Shown here: positions 23,919-38,168 of the stretch, in pieces
How positions within the stretch are numbered: position 1 is the stretch's first letter
Layout of the letters: every line of letters begins with the position of its first letter
Assembly (NCBI GenBank): GCA_004431415.1
Contig: QPMI01000582.1
Coordinates: 62,001-126,000 of the forward strand
Direction of reading: 5' to 3'
Source: Cyanophora paradoxa CCMP329
Taxonomy: Eukaryota > Plantae > Glaucophyta
Length of the DNA: 64,000 nt
Made by a program: the position numbers and the translations under genes
The notes under the pieces: model-generated
Told to the model about the DNA's origin: nothing
Database searches by the model: none
The model's input: the letters and a program-made list of their open reading frames with translations, nothing else

Positions 23919-26883
23919 ATGTTCGGGCGCCTGACATCCGTCTTCGCTGGAGGCCGCGGTCGTTTCCTGGGCGGCCGGCGAGCGACCTGCGTCATCACGG
24001 CATCCTACGTCCCTCCCTCGGCCTCTGGCGTCACCGCCGGGGGCCCGACGCGGGCCCTCGCCTTCGCGACCAGCGCGGCGGTCGCGCCGGCCCTCGTGCG
24101 GGCCGCCGGCCGTGTCGGCGGAGGCGTTGACGTGCCCGCGGTGTCGAGGCGCCCGGCGTCGGCTGGCCGGCGCTCTGTCACGCACGCCGCCGGGGCGCGC
24201 CCTCCGCGTAGGGGCGGCGAGCGGGCGGAGCGGACGGATTACAGGCCTCGCGGCGGCGACGACGATCGCGGCGGGCCCAGGCAGGGTGCGCGGAGAGCGG
24301 TCGTGCAACCCGCCGCCGGCGCTGACGACGCCGCAGGCTTCGCGGAACGCGTGAGGAACCTCGTGAGCGCGGTGCGGGCGCTGGACGAGGCGCGGCTCGA
24401 TCCCTCCTCCATCGTGCGCCGCCCGCCCCGCCGGCGCCGGCCGGCGCTCCGCCCGACGCGGCGGCGGCAGGTGATCGCGGCGCGGGGCGCGCTGGCGAAC
24501 CTCGCGCCGGGGATGCGCGTCCACGTCTACGGCACCGCCCTGCGGACACTCGCGAGGGAACACAACGACACGACCCGCGCCGGCGCCATGGTGCCCCCTC
24601 GCCCCTCGCTCCGCCGCCGCGCCGGGGCGACTGGGGCGGGGCGGGGCGCAGGCGGGGGCGGCGGGGGCGCTGCGGCTGCCGCCGGCGCACTTCTTCTTCG
24701 CGCCGCTGGTGGAGGTGCTCTCGCTGCGGGGCGGCGGGGCGAGCGACGCCGCGTGGCGCGCCTGGCACCACAAGTACCTCGCCACCCGCGACAGCGACAG
24801 CCGCGCCAACCTCCAGTACTGGCGCACGGCGCGCACGCCGCCCCCCCGCCCCCCCTCCCCCCCCCCGCCCCGCCGCTCAGGGCGGGCAGGTGGCGGTGGC
24901 GCACCTGATGCGGGGGGAGGTGGAGGAGGGGCGCGCGGCGGTGGCGCGCGGCTTCGAGGAGGAGCGCCTCCCGGCCTCGCCCCGCGAGCTCGACTGGGAG
25001 CTCGCCCACCAGGCCGTCCGCGCCCCCGCCCGCCCCGCCTCGCCCGGCGCCCCTGACGGGCTGCTTGCCCGGCGGCAGCTGCGGGCGGCGATGCACTCGG
25101 CGCGCATCGCGGCGGAGGCGGTGGCGTGGCGGAGCGGGGGCGAGGGCGGGGCCGGGGTGGCGGACCCCGCCGCCCTCGTCGCCGTCTTCGTCGCGGCGGC
25201 GCAGCGCTCCGGCCGCCCGGGCGCCGACCCCGCCCGCGCCCTCTTCGTCGACTCCTTCCCCCCTTCCTCCGCGAGCACTTCCCCCTCCTCCCGCCCCGCC
25301 CCGCGCCCCGCGGGGGCCCCCAGCGGGGCGCCCCGCCGCCGCCGCCGCCGGAGGCGCGGCCGGCGGCGCTGCTGGTGGCGACGACGGTGGGGCTGGCGGC
25401 GGGGCTGGAGGGGGCGGGGCTGGCGGTGCGGGCGCGGGTGCTGGCGTTCCAGGCCCTCGCGCGGGGCGCCGAGGCCGAGGGCGCCCTCCACGCCGCCCGC
25501 TTCCTCGCCGAGCACCCCGCCCCCGCCCCCGCCCCGACGAGGCCCCCGCCCTCCGCTTCGAGACCGCCCGCGCCCTCGGCCTCACCGCCCTCCACCGCGC
25601 CCTCGCCATCTCCCCCAGCGAGCGCGACACGCTCCTCGCCGAGGCCCGCGCCGCCCTGCTGCGGGCCGCGCCCCTCGCCCCACCCGGGAGGACGCGTTCA
25701 GGCTCCTCACCGCCTCGGCCGGCACGGCGGCCGCCTCGCCGGCGCCGGGGGCCCCCGCCGTGGCGGCCGACCTCGCGCTCGAGCTCGCGGGGGCCCTCCC
25801 GCAGGCCCCCGAGTGGGCCCCCGAGCGCACCGCCGGCCTCCTCGAGACGGCGCGGGCCCTCCTCCACTGCGGCCACCCCGCCGAGGCCGAGCGCATCGCC
25901 CGCTCCGTCCTCGCCGCCGCCCGCGCCCCGAGGCCGAGGCGGCGGCGGCGGCGGCGGGGGTGCCGCCGACGGCGGCGGAGCAGCAGCTGCGGGCGGTGGT
26001 GAACACGTGCCGGCTGGCGCTGGACGAGGCGGCCTTCGCGGGGGCCCTCGCGCGCCTCCAGCTCTTCAAGACGGCCTCCCTGGGCGAGCTCTGGCAGCTC
26101 GCCCACGCCGCCGCCGCCTCGGCCGACCAGCGCGCCCGCGCCGCCGACCTCGACGCCCTCGTCACCGTCCGCCCCGCCCCGCCGCCCTCGCCCCTGCTCT
26201 CACTGACGCCCTCGTGGCCCCGCCGCGGCCGCAGGAGCACCAGGCGGCGCACGGCGGCTTCAGCCCGGTCACCGCCGCCGCCCTCCGCCTGGTCTCCACG
26301 GCGCGCGCCCCCACGCCCGCCCTCCCACAGCGCCCCGCCCCGCTCACCGCCTCCTTCCCTCCCTCCCGCGCGCAGGCGCCGGCGATGTACCGCCCCGGAC
26401 AGGTCCTCGAGGCGTGCGAGACCCTCCTGCAGCGTGCGCGCCGCCCCCGGGCCCCCGCCGGCGCCTCGCAGACGCGGCGGCAGTGTACCGGGAGCGGGGC
26501 GAGGGGCGGACGGGCGCGCAGGAGGCGGCGGAGGCGTCGGCGCTGCAGGCCGGCATGGCCGCCGCCTGCGCGCGCCTCGCCCGCGCCCCGCCCGCGGCCT
26601 CGACCGCGTCCCGATGGCCTTCAAGTTCGCCCGGGCGTGCCGCGCGGCCGGCGTCGCCGTGCCCCTCGCCGCCGTGCGGGAGGTCGTGCGGGGCTACTTC
26701 CGCGTGGGGGACCTCCGCGCCGCCGAGGACGCCGCCGAGGAGCTCGCCGCCCCGCCCCCGCGCCCCGCCCCGCACCCCGACGCCGACCGCGAGCGCGAGC
26801 GCGGCGAGCGCGAGGAGCAGGCGGCGATGCGCCGGCGCCCGACCAAGGAGCGGGCCTTGGCCTGGGAGGAGCACCTCCTCTAG
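23919..26883 (+). CDS. Multi-exon alpha-helical (degenerate PPR-like) protein with Arg/Ala/Ser-rich N-terminal targeting-like sequence
   Basis: MFGRLTSVFAGGRGRF; segments VAVAHLMRGEVEEGRAAV, ARALLHCGHPAEAERIA and VREVVRGYFRVGDLRAAEDAAEEL; TAG at 26881-26883. Confidence 0.6.
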
Positions 26884-27119
26884 GCCCGCCCCGCCCGGCC
26901 CCTCTCCCCTTGCTGTGTCTCTCGAGCTCCTCTCGAACGACTCGGTGGCCCCTCTCTCGCACACCGGAAGAGTGGCCATGATCGCGAGTGGCGCCTCCCG
27001 TCGAGGCGTAAAGCTTTAAGGGCGCCCGAGGCCCCGCCGCGCGCCCCCCCGCCCCCCGCCCTCCCAGCGCCGCCCTCTTCGGCTCGCGCGCCCCCGCTGG
27101 GGGCTCGCTGGCGGGGGGG

Positions 27120-28686
27120 TCAGGGCTTGCCGTTGTACTGGTTCATGGCGTAGTCGACGCCGAACATGACGGCGGCGCGCACGGCGTCGGCGGCGCGCTC
27201 GTACGCCCCCTCCATCACCGCCTCCTCCCCCGCCGCCGCCCGCTGCAGCACGTACGACTTGGGCGGCAGCTTCCCCGGCGGCCTGCCCTCCCCCGACGAG
27301 CCGGCGGCTGTCACCGAGGGGCAGCGGGGGCGGGGCCGGGCGTGGAGGCGCGCGCGGACCGCCCGATGCCGATGCGGATGCGGGGGACGGTCTGCACGCC
27401 GCCCAGCATCGCGATGATGCTCTTGAGGCCGTTCTGGCCCCCGGCCGACCCCTGCGCCAACCGCCCGGAGAGATCGCTGGCTGGGAGGGGGGGGGGGGGG
27501 GGGAGGTACGGGCCTTGGAGCGGATGCGGATGGCGCCGATGTCGGTGTCCATGTCGTCGTAGAGCACGAGGATGCGCTCGGGGGGGATCTGCGCCCCCGC
27601 CCCCGCCCCGCTCGCCGACTCCGGCGCCGCCGCAGGGAGGGGCCGGCCCGGCCGGGGGCGGGCGGGGCCACCTGGTAGTACTTGGCGATGGGGACGACGC
27701 ACTGCCCGCTCGCGTTCATGTACGTCTGCGGCTTCACCTGCCCCCGCGCGCGCCGGCGGGGTCGGTTCGCTTGGCGCGGCGGGGGCGGCGGGGCGGCGGG
27801 GGGCGCGCGGGGCGCGCACGAGGGTGACGGGCACGCCGGCCACCGTGCCCCTGCGCCTCTCATCGGCGGCGCGCAGCAAGGGCCGCCCCGCAAAGCGTTA
27901 CAGCACCTAGCGATGAAGCCGCTGTTTGCCTGCGGGCGCCGCGCGTCAGGCGGCGGCGGGCGGCGGGCGGGGCGCGAGGGGGCGGGGTGCGGCCCCGGGC
28001 GCGGGGCGGGCGGCGCGCCTGCTTGTCGAATTTGAGGCCCTCGCGGGCGGCGAGAACGTCGATGGCGAGGAAGCCAGCGTTGTGCCGCGTCTTCTCGTAC
28101 TCCTTCCTGCGCCCCGGCCCCGCGCCGCTCTGCTCAGCCCCGCGCTGCACCCGCGCGAAGCCGCCAGGCGCGCCCTGGGTTGCCGAGGCCGGCAATGATC
28201 CAGGGCTGCGCTGGGATGCGCGCCGGCGGGCCCTTCGGCTTCGCTGGCTGCTGCGCCTTCGCCTCCTTCGCATCGGGCTTCGGCTTGGGCGCCTCGCCGA
28301 ACCCCTTGCCCGCCGCGCCCGCCGCCGCCTCCGCCCTGCCCCACCCGCGTCGGGGCGCGTGCGGCGGCGCAAACGCTCGTGCGCCCTCACCTCGGAACGG
28401 AGCTGCTCGCGTGCGAGGCTGCGCTCCCGGCGGCGTGGACGGATCGCCGCACGGACGCCGCGCGCGCGCCCTCTAGCTGGAGCAGCACATCGCCAGCACT
28501 GTGGCAGAACGACCACGCCGATCCGAGGGCGAACCGCCGTCGCGGCGCGACAGCCGCTCGCCGATCGGCCGATATCTCGAGCCGCGCGGGCGGGCCGGCG
28601 CACAGTCGCGAGGCCACACGGCCGCACGCGACCCTCGCCGCTGGCGGGAGCGCTGGGCTCGCGTGCACGAAGCTGAGCTGCGCCAT
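27120..28686 (-). CDS. pth: Bacterial-type peptidyl-tRNA hydrolase with plastid transit-like peptide
   Basis: Spliced motifs IIAGLGNPG|KEYEKTRHNAGF, VKPQTYMNASG, LVLYDDMD, GSAGGQNGLKSII, RIRIGIGRP. N-terminus MAQLSFVHAS. Confidence 0.92.
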
Positions 28687-29072
28687 CGTTTGCTGTGCCG
28701 CGGCCGGCTGTCACAGCTGCAGTGTGGCCCGGCGCGCGTGTATCCCCCCGCGTCGGCCTGGCCGGGCCTGCCGCCTGCACTGCCGGGCCTGCATGGCAGG
28801 GGCCTACTTGAATAGCATCGAATATATTCGCGCGTTACATGCTGCAGATCGCTGAACATGATGAAATTTTGCACTCTTCATCGCCGAGTCGGCGAGGCCA
28901 GATCGGCAGCTGCCGCGCCAAGGCGAGAAAATCCGGTAGACTGATATTAATACTTGCAGTCCTAGTAGAGAATATTTAACTAGAGGCGCGACTCCTGCCC
29001 AAGCGGGCCTAGAGAAATAGTGTGGAAAACGACTACGGCCGCAGGGCGGCCCCGGGGGCCCGCCGGCGCCGC

Positions 29073-29950
29073 CTAGTCGAAGCCGCCGTCGAATCCTCCG
29101 TCAAAGCCGCCGTCGCCCCAGCCGTCGCCGCCGTCGAAGGCGTCCGCTGCGCTCGCGAGTAAGACCAGGGCGCCCCGGGCGGGCGCGTCGAGCCGGGGCC
29201 GGCACCGATGGCCATCCCGGCGGCGACGCCGAGAACGGCGCCGCCGACCGCGCCGAACCCGATGCCGTCGTCCCTGGACCCGGGGGCGCCGCGTGAGGCG
29301 GGGCGGTGGGCGGGGGGCGGGCGGCGGCGCGGCACCGCCCGTGGTGGTGGTGGTGCTGCTGGATGACGACAGGCTGCTGCATCATCACCGGCTGGCCCAT
29401 CATCGGCTGCGGCGCGCCCATCCCCGTCGACATCACCTGCCCCAGCGCCTCTTCAGCGGGGGCAACGGCGTCCCACAGTTCACTCGAGTATCGTCGAATT
29501 AGCGACGCACCTGTCCACAGCGACATGCGACCTGCAAGAGAAATGCGTGAGCCGCGCGCTTGTTAGGTCAAGGGAGCCGCGGACCTGCGGGACTCCGGGC
29601 GGCACAGCCAGGACCGTCTGGCAGCGCGGACAGCGGAGCTGCTGCGGCGGCGGCGGCCCGTAGTGCGGAGGCGGAGGAGCGAAATGCCCGGGCGGCGGCC
29701 CTCCGTAATGCGGCGGCGGTGCCCCGTACTGCGGCGGCGGCGGGCCCGGAGGAGGATAACCCGGCGGATGCTGCGGGTACGGCTGGGCTGGCGGCGGCGC
29801 ATGCTGCGCCATGTGCTGCTGCGGTGGATACTGCTGCGACGCCATCTGTGGCGGAGGATGCTGGCGCGGCTGGGCTGGCCGCTGGGCCCCGCCGCCTCCG
29901 CCTCCACCTCCGCCTTTCGGAGGGTCCACCGTCGAAGCTCCGCAGCCCAT
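29073..29950 (-). CDS. Pro/Gln/Gly-rich protein with N-terminal acylation motif and LSD1-like zinc finger
   Basis: MGCGAS start; CPRCQTVLAVPPGVPQ|VACRCGQ|VM via a 21-nt exon at 29511-29531; glycine-zipper-like GFGAVGGAVLGVAAGMAIG; ends GGFD-TAG. Confidence 0.7.
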
Positions 29951-30240
29951 TGCAACCTCAGGGGACTACTTCGAATGTCGGTTAGCGCGCTGCGGCGCAC
30001 TCTACGCCCCACATGGCCGCGCACCTGTAATTGGACTCGGAGGGGCGTTCGAGCTGAGCGAAGCTAGCGCTTGGCTAGATGCTGAGGGCCGAACTCGCCG
30101 CCCACTGCGTCCCGCAATCGAGAGATGACCGCCGTGGACCTGGGGAGGACTTTCCAGGGGGTACCAGACTCCTTGCCTCAGGCGGGACTCTCAGCCTCGG
30201 CTTTGCCCGCTGCATGCTGCTTTTCTGAGCAGCAGCGCAT

Positions 30241-30320
30241 TCTATTCACAAAAGCGAAGCAAGCTTCGCGCATAAAAAGCAGTATAAAACAGCAAAAACT
30301 ACGTTCGCCTAATCTCCAAA
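30241..30320 (+). promoter_or_regulatory. A-rich leader of PABP (putative autoregulatory element)
   Basis: CACAAAAGC..CATAAAAAGCAGTATAAAACAGCAAAAACT directly upstream of the ATG in an otherwise very GC-rich context. Confidence 0.55.
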
Positions 30321-33171
<2,851 letters not shown>

Positions 33172-33854
33172 CCGCCCTCCTCCCCCCGCCCCCGTGTCCC
33201 CCTCCCTGTGTGTCCTCCAAGTCCAGATTAGCGCGCTCGTAGCTCCCTCCGTCCGTCCGCGATCCTAGCTCGTAGTGGCTGCCTGCCGCGGGTTGTGGGC
33301 TGCTGCGCCGGGCGGGCGGGCCGTGGGAGGCCGCCGCTGCGCGCAAGGGCCCTCCCGCTTTGTGCGCCCCCGCGTGTGCACCCGTGGCCGTGTAGACGAT
33401 AGGGTTTTCATTGGGGGCTTTCAAGGTCCGCGCCTTGCGCAGTGGTTTAAGAGGCCCGTGGGGCCCCAGAAGGGTAATTAACAGTAGATTCAAGGCCTTG
33501 AAGCTAGGGTGAGAGCGATCCAGCCTCTCGATGGATATCGGTATTTGGCCATGGTGAGTTTTAGCTGCAGGCTTGCATTTCGCGATTGAATCGTTAGCTA
33601 TAGTGAGGTACCGGTAGGGATTTTTGAGCTTTGTCGGCTTTTTTAGCTTGCATGACTTGCAATTGGCCCGGGGCATCCGCGTGTATATACAGTTGTGCAG
33701 TGTGCGTAAGTTTGTGTGAGGCCCTTAGCTAGGGCGCCCAGGCGCCGCCGTGACCGCTTCCGTAACCGATGGCCGAACGCCGCTGAGCGTCGCCGTCTCT
33801 CTCTCTTGTCGTGAATTCGAACATGTAGGAGCGGGGCCGGCAGCGGGGCGGGGG

Positions 33855-35806
33855 CTATATCCAGCGGTAGCGGCGGAAGAGGAAGAGGAGGAGGAGGGTG
33901 GAGGCGAGGATCTCGGCCACCAGGCCCCAGAAGACCTGCCCCCGCCCCCCCCGCCCTCGCACCGGCCCCCGGCGGCCCGGAGCAGGGCGGGGCGCGGCGG
34001 GGCCGCTCGCGCACGCTGAGGTCCCCGAACGTCGCGTCGGACGTCTGGAACTGAGGGGCGGGGGGCGGGGGGCGTTGGCGGGAGAGAGGAGGGCGGGAGG
34101 GGGCCGGGGGGGGAAGGCGCACCGGGATGTTGATGTTCATGGCGAAGAGGCCCGTGACGAGGATGTGCCACAGCAGCACGATCGAGATCACGCCCGTCGC
34201 CTGCGCCCCGCTGGCTCGCCATGGCGGGAGCTCGGGGCAGGGCGGGGCCGGCGCGCCTTCATGAGCTTGTTCATGGCGAAGGAGGCGCGGGCGATCTCCA
34301 CGTTCATGCGCGCGTGGTAGTTCGCCTGCCGAGGGAAGAAGCCGCCGCCGCGTGAGAGGGAGGGGAGAGAAGTAGGCGTCAGACGGAAGGGAGAGGGGGC
34401 GTGGCTCGGGGCTGCGGGCCTGGAGGGCGGCGAGGGTCTCGCGGCAGGCCTCGAGCTTGGCGGCGCCGTCGGCGACGTGGTCGAGCACGTCCTCCAGGTA
34501 GGCCGCCACGCCCGCCCCCACGAGGCCCCCGAGCCCCGCCGCCCGCTCCCCCAGCGAGGCGAGGGCGTCCCGCTTGGGGAGCAGCAGCGCCTTGAACGCC
34601 GTCACGCGGCGGCGGGCCATCGAGAGGCGCTTGAGCAGCTCGCCCTCGTCGCCCTCGCCGAGCACCAGCACCATGTCGTCCAGCGTCTCCACCTCCCCCG
34701 CAACCTGCCCCAGCGAGGCGCGCTCATGCTCGGGGCGCCAGGGCGCTAGGCGGAGGGAGGGCGGGCCGGCGGCGGGGCGGGCGGACCTCCTCGACGAGGG
34801 CGGCGAGCTGGTCCACCACGGCGTCCAGCAGCGCGTAGGCGATCCAGTCGAGCGGGGGGAGGGTGCGCCCCGCCCCGCGCCCGTACTTCCGCATGCGCTC
34901 CCTCACCTGCGGAGAGGGCGGGGGTGAGCGGGGCGGGGGGTGGGGCGGGGGGAGGGGGCGCCTGCGGGACGAAGTCGGCGGGCTCCTGGTGGAAGGAGAG
35001 GAGGGCGTCGGGGAGGAGGACGAGGCTCAGGTTCGCGGCCTCCTCCAGGGCCCCCTCCACGCGCACCCCCACGAAGTTGACGTACACGTACTCGTCGAAG
35101 TAGTCGATCTCCTCCCGCCTCAGCGGCCGCCCGGGGCGCGGGGCGCGGGGCGGGGCGGGGCGCACGCGGTCCGAGGTCTCGCTGTGGAAGCAGTCCTCGG
35201 TCGTGACGGGGTGCAGCCCGAAGACCCGCTCCACCACCTGCCGTCCCCGCGCTCGCGAGCGGAGAGGCGGGCGCGCATGCCCGTGCGCCCGCGCCGCGCG
35301 CCTGCATGTCGGAGATCGTGGGCGCCTCGAAGTCGAACCAGCGCGGCTGCTCGACCGAGCGCTGCGAGGCGGCGGCGCTCAGGTCGTCCACGGACACCTC
35401 GCTGCAGTCCGTAGGCGAGATGCTGAGGATGCGACGTCCCCGGCCCTGCGCGCCAAGGTCAGTCCAGCCGCTGAGCGCTGAGCGACTCATCCGCGTTGGC
35501 GCCCTCACCCGACCGCTGAAGCGCGTGCCTATCGGCTGCAGCGGAATAAGGCTCTCCGCAGGGCTCGACAACAGCCGCTCAAGGGGCTTGCCATCCTCTC
35601 CTGGGAAAAGGCGGGACGGTGTGAGATGCGACGCGGCGCCGGCGGAGCGGCAGCGGACCTCGCGCCATGTGCAGTTCGACGACGCGTCGCGGCGTAGCGT
35701 GGCCGTGATCACCGACCTCGACGCTGCGGCGAACGTGCTCATCGTGCTCGAAGGTCGGAGTCTTGGCTATCTCCGCGAGGTCGTCCCGCGACACAGAGCC
35801 ATCCAT
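33855..35806 (-). CDS. CorA/ZntB-family divalent cation transporter, paralog 1
   Basis: WFDFEAPT, VFGLHPVTTEDC, IDYFDEYVYV, YALLDAVVD, YLEDVLDH, TM1 LVTGLFAMNINIP, C-terminal FRRYRWI. Confidence 0.9.
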
Positions 35807-36050
35807 CGGACCTCGCTTGCAGCGCCCACCAGGGCGCTCCTGCTGGCGGGGTGCGCTAGCTACAGCTTACGTCTACGGACAGAGCGGGCGAATCTTGCGC
35901 TCCTTCAAAGCGAGCTCTCTTCTTCCCTGCGCCGGTTGATCGACAGCTCCCTGCGCTTGCACGATCAAATTTGCGTACCCAATCGCCGACCATCGCAGCG
36001 CGAAAGCGCCACCAGCGCACTCGCAGGAAGTTGCCGCACGCACGCTCGGG

Positions 36051-38168
36051 ATGGCGGAGGAGGGCGGCGACGGCCCGCACCCGCCCGGCGCCACCCCTGT
36101 GGCGGACGCGGACGACGGCGATGCAGCGGACGCGGAAGCGGTCCAGCTGCATCTGGCGCCCGCCTATTCCGCGCACGGTGCGGCCTCCGTCGCCCTTGAG
36201 GGGGCGTCCCTCACGAGCGCTAGGCCACGCGGTGCTGGAGTCGCTTCTGCCGACCGAGAAGGACCTGAGCGAGCACCGGCCCGTTCAGACGCGCGTACGT
36301 GTGCGCGCCCGCTCGCCTCCCGGCGCCGCGAGACGCGCGCGGCGCAGGAGGCCGGGAAGCGCATCACGGTCGTATCGGAGCGGGACGGCCTCGAGCGCGG
36401 GGTCCACCTGGAGGAGCTGCAGGCGGCAGTGCGGGGACGCTCGCGGGAGGATCCGCGCTGGCTCGACTTCGAGGCCCCCACGCACGAGGACATGCAGGCG
36501 CGCCGCTCGAGCTCGCCCGCCGCGCCGGCCCGACGCCCTCCCGCAGGTCGTCGAGCGCCTCTTCGGGCTGCACCCCGTCACCACCGAGGACTGCATACAG
36601 GGGGACACGACCGACAAGGCCCGCCCGCCCGCCGCACCCCGTCCGCGCGCGCCCGCAGCCGCCGGCACCCCGCCCGCTGAGCGCATCCCCGCCGGCGCAG
36701 ATCGAGTACTTCGACAAGTACATATTCATCACGTTCACGACGCTGGAGGCGGCGGGGACGCAGCGGCTGCCGCGCCCCGGGGAGCAGCCGCCCCGCCCCG
36801 GCAGCGCGCTCCTGCGCTGGGGCAGCAACCTCGTGCGGGGCGTCCGCAACTCGCTCGAGGCGCAGCGGCCGCCCAGCGCCGGCGCGAGCGGGGCCGAGGG
36901 GGCGGCGGGGCGGACCCGGGCCCGCCCTCGCCCCCGGGGAGGAGGAGGACGGGGAGGACGCGCCCGTCAACTTCGCGGTGCCCCCCGCCCCCGGCCCGCC
37001 CCGGGCCGCCTCTCCGCTCCCGCCTCACCCCTCCCCCCAGATGGTGCTCTTCCGCGACCTCCTCCTCACCTTCCACTACGCCCCCGTCCCTGCGTCGCCT
37101 CCGTCCGCCCCGCCCCGCCCCCGCCCCGCCCCGCCGCGAGCCGAGGGCCCCGCGCAGGTCGTCGAGCGCCTCCGCCGCTCGCGGCGGCCCGTGGCGCGCG
37201 GCGGCCTCCCGCCCGTCCACTGGGTCGCCTACGCGCTGCTCGACGCCGTCGTCGACCAGCTCGCCGCCCTCGTCGAGGACGTGCGCCCGCCCCGCCGGCC
37301 GTCCCGCCCTCTGCCCGCCCGCCTCGGACGCGGGGCCGTGTCCCGCGCAGGTGGCGGCGGAGGTGGCGGCGCTGGACGACCTCGTGGTGACGCTGGGCGA
37401 GGGGGACGAGTCGGAGCTGCTGAAGCGCATCGGGGTGGCGCGGCGGCGGGCGGCCCGCCTGCGGCGCCTCCTCCTCCGCAAGCGCGAGGCCCTCCGCTCC
37501 CTCGCCGAGCACGCCCCCGAGATCGGTGCCCCGCCCTCCACTCCCCTCCCCTCCCGCCTCCCACCCCCCGCCCTCCTCGTGACTCTGCGGCCAGCGGAGC
37601 GGGTGCCGGCGGGGACGCTGGTCTACCTCCGCGACGTCGCCGACCACGTCACCTCCGCCCTCCAGAAGGCCCCCGCGCCCCCCCGCCCCACAGGCGACCC
37701 GCCTGACCCCCTGCGCAGCTCGCGGCGGCGCGGGAGACGCTGGCGGCGATGCAGGCGAACTACCACGCCAAGCTGAGCGTCGACATCGCCCGCGCCTCGG
37801 CGCGCATGAACCGCATCCTCAAGGCCCGCCCCCCGCCCCCTGCGCGCCGGCCCGCCTGAGGTGCGGGGTGCGGGGCAGCTCTCGAGCCTGGTGGGGACGC
37901 TCTTCCTGTGGCACACCTTCGTCACCGGCGTCTTCGCCATGAACATCAACATCCCCGTGCGGCCCCCGCCCCCCCGCCCGCCCCGTGGCTAGGGCAGGCG
38001 CCCGCGCAGCCCCTCCCAGAGAGCGGGGCGGGACTGAGAGCGGGGGCGCAGCTGCAGACGAAGGGGGACGGGAGCGACACGCTGGGCCCCTTCTTCGGGA
38101 TCGTGGCGGAGATCGCGCTCTCGACGCTCGCCGGCCTCGCCGCCTTCCGCTACATGGGCTGGATGTGA
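36051..38168 (+). CDS. CorA/ZntB-family divalent cation transporter, paralog 2
   Basis: WLDFEAPT, LFGLHPVTTEDC, IEYFDKYIF, YALLDAVVD, YLRDVADH, FVTGVFAMNINIP, FRYMGWM. Confidence 0.9.

Noticed and set aside
33390-33730. AT-richer stretch and 196-aa ORF between PABP and CorA-1
   Set aside because: No TIR/TSD or domain recognised; probably 3' UTR or intergenic DNA.
36900-37100. Frameshifts suggesting CorA-2 (and other host genes) are pseudogenes
   Set aside because: They fall in G/C homopolymers, the same error class that distinguishes the tandem copies, and the motifs are otherwise intact.
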